From assembly GCA_963726195.1 (NCBI GenBank), contig CAVSBO010000003.1, forward strand, positions 576,001 to 640,000: DNA of 64,000 nucleotides, written 5' to 3'. The notes below the pieces were generated by a model. That model ran no database searches, was not told where the DNA came from, and worked only from the letters and a program-made list of their open reading frames with translations. Below, one piece after another: positions 30,887 to 39,300 of the stretch. The stretch is from Candidatus Thorarchaeota archaeon (GTDB lineage Archaea > Asgardarchaeota > Thorarchaeia > Thorarchaeales > Thorarchaeaceae). Numbering within the stretch: the stretch's first letter is position 1; each line of letters begins with the position of its first letter. The position numbers were made by a program, and so were the translations under genes.

Positions 30887-31858
30887 ATGTTTGGAGGCAT
30901 TCTATGGAAAGGAATTGTGTTCGGCATGGCAGTCATGCTGGTCTTGACTGTCGGGACCGAACTCTTGGCATCAGTCGTGTCCGTCGTGGTGTCTGCCCGC
31001 CGCGGCGACCTAATTCCTATTGTCACGGTCTTTCTCGGTACTCTCTTCATTTCCCTAATCCTGCGGCGACTCAAGAAGCACTCTCCGACCAAGTTACTCT
31101 TGTCAATCTTGGTCTACGGAACAATCGGATACGCAGCCGTGGTTTCATTCATAGCTGTTCTTCCATGGGGCCTTCTTCCATCTCTCATGTCCGCGTCGAT
31201 GACAATACTTGGCTTCTCGGTTGCAGCGACTCCCACGCGGTTTGGAGCGTATCGTTCGCAGACCAAGCTTCGTTCTCTGGCACTGCGTACAGACAACCCA
31301 TCAGGTCGAATTACATCATCGGCGATTGCTGCTCTGTCCGACGCCCTCACGGAACAGGCAAGGGTTGTAATCATTCAGGAAGGGGACAGGGACAAGGTCG
31401 TTCAGCTCATGAAGGAGCGACCCCTTCTGCCCGTATCGATTACTCGCCTTGCCGACTGTTATGCAGTTGTCGTCACGTCCCCAAATTCCGACGAGGTTGT
31501 CTTTCGCAGAGCAATCGACACATTGTCAGAGTTTGGCATATCCCGTGTGAAGCGCGCACGGCATTTGCTCGCAGAGGCTATCCTCATGCTTCCGCTCATT
31601 GACGAGTCATATGGTTTCAGCATGCGTGAGTACCGAGTTGTAAGGGACGACACGACGATGACGCACGTGATTTCTCAATGGCCCGAAAGACTGACTATCT
31701 TTGCGACCAAAGAAGGTCTCGGGGCTCTGGTTCCGGAACGGGCCGCCACAGGTCTGAAGACTGAGCAACTCCCGCGCGGCCTTGAAACCGACGTGGTTCT
31801 GTTTAGGAATTACTCTCTGCTCCAAGGAGATGATGAGTCTGGATCACAAGCCGCTTGA
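30887..31858 (+). CDS. Hypothetical membrane protein (about 4 N-terminal TM helices plus soluble domain)
   Basis: Hydrophobic first ~115 aa; AGGAG upstream; 3 nt after the previous stop. Confidence 0.72.
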   Translation: MFGGILWKGIVFGMAVMLVLTVGTELLASVVSVVVSARRGDLIPIVTVFLGTLFISLILRRLKKHSPTKLLLSILVYGTIGYAAVVSFIAVLPWGLLPSLMSASMTILGFSVAATPTRFGAYRSQTKLRSLALRTDNPSGRITSSAIAALSDALTEQARVVIIQEGDRDKVVQLMKERPLLPVSITRLADCYAVVVTSPNSDEVVFRRAIDTLSEFGISRVKRARHLLAEAILMLPLIDESYGFSMREYRVVRDDTTMTHVISQWPERLTIFATKEGLGALVPERAATGLKTEQLPRGLETDVVLFRNYSLLQGDDESGSQAA

Positions 31859-32561
31859 AGAGATTGAAGTGGACACTACTCCTCGTTTTTCGTTAGTGCC
31901 CAAAACACTAGACGCGGTGTTGGGAAGACTGCTCGCGCCTAGCCAAGTCAGCCTGCTGCATGGTCCCAACCGTGCGCCACTGACAGCGCTTGCACACTTG
32001 GTTACTGTATGTGCAGCCAAAGCCGACGGAAAACGTTCCGTCTATCTGCATGCCGGGAACAACTACAGTCCGACGTTGGCAAGATCGTTGTGCGGCCGCA
32101 ACCAAGACGCTTCGGACATCCTTCAGCGCATAGCAGTCGGAAAGGTGCTTGGTCTGTCAGACATAGAGCACGAGCTATCACTGATTCGCGACGCAGAACG
32201 CGTTCAGTTGGTTGTGGTTGATAGCCTCACGTCAGTCCTTGACTTGAGCGATAGCAGCACCGGTCCAGGAAGACAAAGAAAGCTCTTTCACGCGCTCGAA
32301 ACAATGAGGGAATTCGTCAATAACAGTTCGGCCCACTTGATGATGACAGATCACTCCTCACCAAGTTGGGGCTCAGACGAGCCTTCTCCAATCGGTGGGA
32401 ATGTTGTAGCACACAACGTTGACAGCGTCATACGCGTTGAGAGGTTGGACATCGCTTCCGACGACCTAATCAGCATAGTTGTGGAGAGATGTCCTCTTCC
32501 CAGTCCGCCAACAGGTGTGGTTGTCAGGTTCTCAGCAAAGAGCATCAGTAGCATCAAGTGA
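31830..32561 (+). CDS. Catalytically degenerate RadA/Rad51 paralog
   Basis: LDAVLG, Walker A position LHGPNRAPLT (no GKT), VYLHAGNNYSP, ILQRIAV, LVVVDSL, RQRKL and PIGGNVVAHNVD. Confidence 0.75.
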   Translation: MMSLDHKPLEEIEVDTTPRFSLVPKTLDAVLGRLLAPSQVSLLHGPNRAPLTALAHLVTVCAAKADGKRSVYLHAGNNYSPTLARSLCGRNQDASDILQRIAVGKVLGLSDIEHELSLIRDAERVQLVVVDSLTSVLDLSDSSTGPGRQRKLFHALETMREFVNNSSAHLMMTDHSSPSWGSDEPSPIGGNVVAHNVDSVIRVERLDIASDDLISIVVERCPLPSPPTGVVVRFSAKSISSIK

Positions 32562-32570
32562 GGTCTCTAG

Positions 32571-33557
32571 ATGGGCGTGAAGAAATTCAGCGTGATACCG
32601 TGGATCTGGGTCGGTTCAGACGAAATCTTGGGAACGATTGCTATTGATGCGCCGAACTACATCACGCGAAGAATCTCAGTCTTCAAGCAGAAGAACAAGT
32701 ACAAAGACCGAGTACCTCTTGAGCACCTTCTACTGGGATTCGGCCTTATCAGGACTGCACTCCTGAACAAGGTCTTGCCAGTCTTGATTTTCGATGGACC
32801 GCCAGAATCATTGAAGAGGGAACCAAATCCGGAGCTCGTAGCAAGAGCTCACGAAGTCTATTCTGAGTACTCGCAAGACGGCGACCCATACAACGAAGAA
32901 GTCGCCAAGAGCCTTTCAAGTAGCCCAGCGCTACGCATGTACTTCGCGGCCCAGCACCTCAGAGACTTGGGCCGTGCGATGGGTGTGCCCACTTTGACTG
33001 CATCATCTGAGGCGGAAATGCTGTGCGCGGCAATGTGCAGAGACTCCCTTGTCAAGACAGTCGTATCAAATGATGCAGACGCCATGCTCTTTGGAAGCCC
33101 TCACGTGACGAACCACATGGAGTTATCTCGAGGCCGCATCTGTCGAGCCACCCTTCATGACCTTGAAGAATCATTGTGTCTCGGCCTGGACCAACTGAGG
33201 GACTTGGCAGTTATCTGCGGCTGTGACTTCAACAATGAGGGCATCAAAGGGGTGGGTCCTCATCGGGGAGCCATCCTGTTGAAGAGATACGGGAATCTGG
33301 AAGCTGTGTTGAGAGCGAAAGGGTATGGACGAGCTGAGAGAGAACCGCTGCTTCTTGCGCGTGAAGTCTTCGAACAGACTGCGTACATTTCGCTGGCAGG
33401 TCTCGACATCGCACTTAGACCGCCCATGGTCTCACGGCTGGTTTCGATTCTTCTGCCTTGCTTTGGTCGCCAAAGAAGCGAGGATTCCGCTGAACAGATG
33501 GTCAGCATCTGGCGGGATTTTGGAAAACATCAAGCCACTTTGGAGCAGTGGGTGTAG
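32571..33557 (+). CDS. FEN1/XPG-family 5' flap nuclease paralog with C-terminal PIP box
   Basis: MGVK, IAIDA, IFDG, SEAE, SNDADAMLFG, GCDFN, H3TH GIKGVGP and terminal QATLEQWV. Confidence 0.9.
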   Translation: MGVKKFSVIPWIWVGSDEILGTIAIDAPNYITRRISVFKQKNKYKDRVPLEHLLLGFGLIRTALLNKVLPVLIFDGPPESLKREPNPELVARAHEVYSEYSQDGDPYNEEVAKSLSSSPALRMYFAAQHLRDLGRAMGVPTLTASSEAEMLCAAMCRDSLVKTVVSNDADAMLFGSPHVTNHMELSRGRICRATLHDLEESLCLGLDQLRDLAVICGCDFNNEGIKGVGPHRGAILLKRYGNLEAVLRAKGYGRAEREPLLLAREVFEQTAYISLAGLDIALRPPMVSRLVSILLPCFGRQRSEDSAEQMVSIWRDFGKHQATLEQWV

Positions 33558-33571
33558 AAAAAAGTCCGGAA

Positions 33572-35530
33572 TCAGGACCACGGGTCTATCCAGTTCCTAG
33601 AAACAGAATCATACAACCTATTGAGAACAGTCATGTAGTATGATCTATATGACTGAACAGCCGCGACCATGAACTCACAGCCAACCTCCTCTAGACGGTC
33701 TCTGAGCACTTCCGATGCGAGAGCACTTCTTAAACGAGGAACTCTTGCTAATGTAACTACATCGCCCGCCGACCTGTTCGTGAGTATGCGACAATACGGA
33801 AAAGCGCCTGCGATCCATCTCGTGAAATACAGCATTTGCCTCGCGGACATGCCCTTCGAGCACGCAAAGATACCTTCTGGCAGTCTACAGTACTCGAGTG
33901 CGGGAAGATACATGAGTCCCACGAGTCTCTTCTTGAACAGGTTAGGCACGACGTGTTCAGCCGTGCCTGAAGGATACCCCATCCTTTCGAACAACCATTG
34001 CCGTGCCGGCCGAGTCCCCTTGAAGCTCCACAGTATGCTCAGAGCGTCTAACTCTCGTTGCAGTGGGACAGTGGAATGCTCAGGTGCAAGAGGCTCAGCT
34101 TTTGTTAGATGCAGGATGGATGACCTTGGTACTGGTCGCCGCTCGTTCCATGGTTCCCTCCATGTCGACTTCCCAGCATCATACAAATCTAGGCGCATTG
34201 ACAGAGATTCAGACCCCACTGCAACGCTAAACGAGTTCTTTGGTAGTTCCCGTTCGTCAGGACCCTGCGAATTGATAGGCTCAAGATGAGCGACCGCACT
34301 GCGAAGCCCCATGGTTCCGACCTTCCTTCTGGTGCTGCTTGTCTCGCGCTCATCACGGAAGAGGCACTTCTCAACCACGGCTATTGAATTGCCCTTTCCT
34401 CTCTCTTGAGAAGTGATCAGATATCTGTATTGAAGACCAATGGACCCGAGGAAAGGTAAGTAGCTCTCAGTAATCACATTGTGAAGGAATTTCGATGCAT
34501 GATAGGACTCGCTCTGTGTCATGCCTGTAGCGTTCATCACATCTGCACCCGTAGGGCTTCCTGACATCGGGCGGTCTGCCAAGTATGCACAGACATCCCG
34601 GACCGGTTTGTAATCCAAAATGTTGATTTCCTGCCGAAGCTCGTTCAGCATTGACTCGGATTCGGCTGCCACTGGGCCGTCAGACCTAAGAGTCAAGACC
34701 GGCCAAGCAACCCAAGGAGGCTGCAGAAGGTCGAGTTCTTGATAGATTCCGTTTATGCTCTCTTCTCCACGCATTTCGCCATATCTCAGTTTGTCGAGGA
34801 CCTCCTTGGGCAGCCGTCGAGCCATGTGAGCCGGTATCATGGCAAGCCAGGAATTAATGGTGCTAGTTCCCAGTCGGTCTTGGGGCATCACCTTCTTTAG
34901 ATAGTCACGGGTCTTCTGCAAACGCTTTCGCATTTGGCCAGCCATAGGTGTAGCCCGCAGTGCCGAGACCAGATTCCTCAGGGCATCTATCTTGAGCCGC
35001 TGCATGTCAATGCGCCACAAGACCTCTAACCACGCAGGTCTCTTGCCAATCACCTTGCCCACCTCATGAATTCCTAGAAAGGCACCAACAACGGAATCGA
35101 GGCCGGGATTGAAAAGCTGCAAGTTGATCTTCGAGGATGTGTCGTCAGTAACGATTCTGCAAAGAGCGTAAGTGATTGATGGACTACTTGGAATACTATC
35201 GGGAAGCAATGACTCAATTTGCGTTCTTAAGGAGCTGCCTTTGGGCGGGAGAGGAAGCTCCCAGCCGATAACCGATTCCGTCGCTCGCGAGGCACCAAGC
35301 GTCGAATCAACCTTGACTTCATCGAAGGCAGAGATTGGAAGGGGCTTGACCCCGGCTGTAGACTCGAAGAGTGCTTCATCAAGCACAAGTGAACGAACCT
35401 GCAATGCAGCCGGGAGCAACACAAGTCTTCTGAGTAATTGAAGATCATCCTCAACGACTTTCCTATCTCGAGCACTGTGTAGCCGATCGATGACCGGCCT
35501 TGCGCGTGCACCATGCGAAGCCTTAGACAT
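33572..35530 (-). CDS. Large hypothetical protein with Lrp/AsnC-like wHTH plus alpha/beta C-terminal region
   Basis: 652 aa ORF; C-terminal ~250 aa is visibly homologous to 44221-46242. Confidence 0.7.
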   Translation of the reverse strand: MSKASHGARARPVIDRLHSARDRKVVEDDLQLLRRLVLLPAALQVRSLVLDEALFESTAGVKPLPISAFDEVKVDSTLGASRATESVIGWELPLPPKGSSLRTQIESLLPDSIPSSPSITYALCRIVTDDTSSKINLQLFNPGLDSVVGAFLGIHEVGKVIGKRPAWLEVLWRIDMQRLKIDALRNLVSALRATPMAGQMRKRLQKTRDYLKKVMPQDRLGTSTINSWLAMIPAHMARRLPKEVLDKLRYGEMRGEESINGIYQELDLLQPPWVAWPVLTLRSDGPVAAESESMLNELRQEINILDYKPVRDVCAYLADRPMSGSPTGADVMNATGMTQSESYHASKFLHNVITESYLPFLGSIGLQYRYLITSQERGKGNSIAVVEKCLFRDERETSSTRRKVGTMGLRSAVAHLEPINSQGPDERELPKNSFSVAVGSESLSMRLDLYDAGKSTWREPWNERRPVPRSSILHLTKAEPLAPEHSTVPLQRELDALSILWSFKGTRPARQWLFERMGYPSGTAEHVVPNLFKKRLVGLMYLPALEYCRLPEGIFACSKGMSARQMLYFTRWIAGAFPYCRILTNRSAGDVVTLARVPRLRSALASEVLRDRLEEVGCEFMVAAVQSYRSYYMTVLNRLYDSVSRNWIDPWS

Positions 35531-35791
35531 CTTGAGGACATTATCCGCTTATGGAACCACTTATCGGTATCGGTCAAAAGCTAAAAACGCCGTAACTGAG
35601 AGGTTGGTGTAGGACTTTGGTAGCCCCGAACACAGCCGATGCAACAATGAATATCTAGTAGTCGCACCTAGGTCATATGCATGGCCCAAATTCGCTCTAG
35701 AACATTATGATAACTTATCGCTCTTGATGGTTAACCATTTAGACATTCAGACCGCTTCCATTATACAAACTAAGCAGAGTCGGGAAGCAGA

Positions 35792-36388
35792 GTGCAGTCT
35801 GACATTATTGGACTTCTGATTGGCAATATGGAGTTCTCCTTGAGAATCGCGCCTTACGTCATCGTGATTGCGACGCTGTTGAGAAGCGCATTGCTTCTCA
35901 GAGGATCCAAGCGTGCCTTCAGAACTTGGACAAGGAACACTGTGCTGTCGGTACTCAGCATCATATTGGCCCCCGGCATTTTCATCAATACTGGGATTCG
36001 GTACGCGGTGTGCTCAGTCCTAGGCGTCCACGTCGAGGGCGTTGGTCTTGGTACCACATATGCAGAGGTGAACGCTTTCATACACGTGGACAGACCGCCC
36101 AGGGTCGCTGTCCTTCTTATTGCACTCTTCCTAAGCTCTCTGGTGTCTGTCTTTGTCGGGTTCTTCTTTCTGTTTGCACCTTTTGGTCTCTCCATGGATC
36201 TACCTTTGGTCATCGTATCATGGTATCTATCAGTAGCTGTCCTGCTTAACAGCTGCATTCGAAGCGGCGACCTTTCGTTGCTCGGAACTTCTTTGAAGAT
36301 GCATGGCCGTCGCGGCGCAATCGAACTAGTCGCCGTGATAGCTGGTCTTGTCGTCTTCTATACTCAAATCGTGGGGGTGTATCTGTAG
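35792..36388 (+). CDS. Membrane protein resembling DUF3267/M50-like zinc metalloproteases but lacking HExxH
   Basis: About 5 TMs; APGIFINTGIRYAVCSVLGVHV matches PGxxxHExxH...cxxlGvxV with the metal ligands replaced; distal SGD. Confidence 0.55.
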   Translation: MQSDIIGLLIGNMEFSLRIAPYVIVIATLLRSALLLRGSKRAFRTWTRNTVLSVLSIILAPGIFINTGIRYAVCSVLGVHVEGVGLGTTYAEVNAFIHVDRPPRVAVLLIALFLSSLVSVFVGFFFLFAPFGLSMDLPLVIVSWYLSVAVLLNSCIRSGDLSLLGTSLKMHGRRGAIELVAVIAGLVVFYTQIVGVYL

Positions 36389-36390
36389 GC

Positions 36391-39300
36391 ATGAGAACCA
36401 AATGTCTTCTTGTTGCGGCTGTCCTAGTCGTGCTCATTGCATGCACGTACCAGTATCCGGCCACCAGCGGTTATCCGGCGTCGGCACCGATTCCTGCCTT
36501 TGCTCTAGGCCCTCAGAAAACAACTATGAGCCTAGCATCAGATGATGGGGCTCCTGTTGACATGAAGCCCTACTTCATAATCGAGATGCCAAATTCGAGC
36601 ATTCCAGCACGAGGGAGGGTCTGGTCAGCAATCCTAAACTCCGCGGGCATCGTAAGTCACGTGTTTACCATACAACAAATCATGGCAAAGCCCACATTGC
36701 TACAGCATGTCCCCGCAGCTCTCCTAGATGCAAGCTTGGGTTCAGCAAACGGGAGCCAAGTGTCAAGCTCGTTCATGCATTTGCTCGTCTCCTGCGATGT
36801 CGCTTTGGTACTGACCGGCAGAGCAGCTTGGCTCTTGCACAGTCTGAGGGGAACACCTTTGGGATCAGTGACCGCAACGGCTTCTCAAAGACTCCTCACA
36901 GCTCAAGGATACGAAGCGGCAATATTCCTCAGCCTCTCCAATCGCGCTGTCGGTGAATTCCGCGCTCACGGAAGAGACCAATATTCAGTTACCAGTTGAC
37001 CAAGTTCAAGGCGAGCATTCTCGCATTGTGAATCTCACTGGGGCGGAGAATCCAACAAGCGTCGCAGCGCTTCGATATGATTCGTACCCGCTTGACACAT
37101 TCCTGTTTGGTCCCGATGACCCCTCCAAGTTAACAGACCAAGGTCGTGGACTGTTGGTCAACATGATATCATTTGCGGTTTCTCTCAGAGAGACTCCTAC
37201 CACCCAAGCAGTGAGCCAGCTTCAGGCACCCTCCGAGGCTCCGCTTGCTGGAGGATATCACTATCCGCATGAACCGACTCTGAAGGCAGCCTACGCCGCG
37301 GTGCACTCAGTCAAGTCTGCGCTGGACGCATCAAACTGGTCTAGCTGGAGTTCCCAGCATCAATCACTGATTGAAGAACTCCTAGATAGTCTGTTCATTG
37401 ACTACGGCTCACAGGCCGGGTTCATGAACTCGGTGAGTGAAAACACGGTCGGTCTTCAGAGCACAGCAGAAGGACTGTGGCTGGCTGCCTCTATGGGCCT
37501 ACTTCCACGATATCACTCCGACAAGATTGTTTCGTATCTCAGCTTCAAGAGAAGACGCCGGGGGAGGCTTCGCCAACGATATTGCGACAACGTACTTGGT
37601 TGTCGAGAGTCTTGGTTTGTCAGGCAATCTTGGAAGCATCAACACAGTCAGTCTGGAATCTTGGTTGCGCAGCTGCATCATAGATGGATCCAAGACATCC
37701 AACCCCGATCTCTGGGGTGCAGTGGGACAGAATCCGAACAGCACCGCGGCGAGGACATCCTACGCGGCTCAATATGTACTATCTCTGCAAGTACTGGGGA
37801 AAACTCACGGCGACCCGCTCAAACTGACGAGCTGGATCAAGACCCGCATGTCCAATGGTGACGGTTCATACATGGAAGTTTTTGGCTCAAGTGGTGAACT
37901 CGTCACCGGAACCTCGTCAGCTCTCACGGCTATGGCAATCATGAACACACTCAGCGCTCAAAACCGGACGACAGGACTGTCTTGGCTGGCTTTCAACCAA
38001 TTGCCTTCGGGCGGCTTTGGTTTGACCGTAGCGGCCACTGACAACGTGGGCAAGACGTGGCCCACTCTAACAGTCGCCCTATGCATCCAAGCGATTGGAC
38101 AACAATCTGAGTCGATGGCAAGGAATGTGATTAGCTTCGTATCGCTTTGTGAGAACCGATATGGGCTTTGAAGCGATGGAACCAATACCATCGCTCATGT
38201 GGAGCGATTGGCTCGCGTCAATCTCAAGGCTGTCACATTCGGAAGGATTCTCGGATAGTGCTCTTGCCGAAATGTATGCCGTTAGCATGCTTGGGTGGTC
38301 TGAATACCCAGGCAATGTGACCGCTGCAACATCTATTGAGTACGGGCCCACCCAGTACCGAATGCAGAGCGTTTGGACACAGTACTTCGGGGCAGCCACC
38401 TACTCCGCACTCGGCAGTGATATTCCTGATTCCGCGGTCTCGGCTGCCGAGTCGTATCTTTACCAGTGTCAAGATTCGTCAGGACATTACAAGCCAACGT
38501 CATTTATGGGAACGCCGCAGATGCAATACACAGTTGCGGCCGTCGAAGCTCTCTATTTGATGAACGCACTCAACACGATTCGTTACAGGACCAGCCTAGG
38601 CTCGGCGATTCTGGCCGAGTTTAGATTGGGGCACTGGTCAATGGATGGTTGGACTCTCAGACCATTTACCAACCAGCAATCTGCAATTGACTGGCTCTGT
38701 ACAAGAGCCGCTCTCAGACTTGGTATACTCGACTCTGCAAAAGCCCTGCAGATAGTGCAATCAATCAAGGCGAGAATCCAGTACTCTGACATCTGGGCAC
38801 TCAGCAGAGATGTTGCAACTCTGGCACTTCTCAATGCATCGGGATTTCAGGCGAGTCTTGGGTGCATCAACACACAGGCAGTCATCCAGTCTCTAGGCAG
38901 CACGCCCTTCTCAAACGGATGGCTCAACTCGACTGACCTGTGGCAGCCCGTCTATACCGCAGGAGCGCTGGAGATGATTTCAATCCTAGGTCTCCGCGCA
39001 CGCCTTGCGAACCTGTCGAGCGGCTCTATTCACGCGACCGGACCATCAACGGGAGAGATTAGCTCCTCTCTCAATCTAATGGTCTCGATTTCTCCACTCT
39101 CCGGTCATCATAGTGTCCTTGTCTTTGCGTTCGGAAACTGGCTCCTGTTTCGGAACGTGGGTGACAACGATTCGATTGAACTCACAATTCCCAGTGACTA
39201 CAGAGTTCTTGGTCCAAGCAACATATCCGTTATGCTTCGGGACTTCGGCGTGACAAAGGCATACTCCATAGTCCCACTGCAAGTACGAGGCGTACTTCAA

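Noticed and set aside
17734-33557. Provirus or integrative conjugative element
   Set aside because: No integrase, primase/polymerase, capsid, relaxase, flanking tRNA or direct repeats were seen. The genes are paralogs of cellular repair families.
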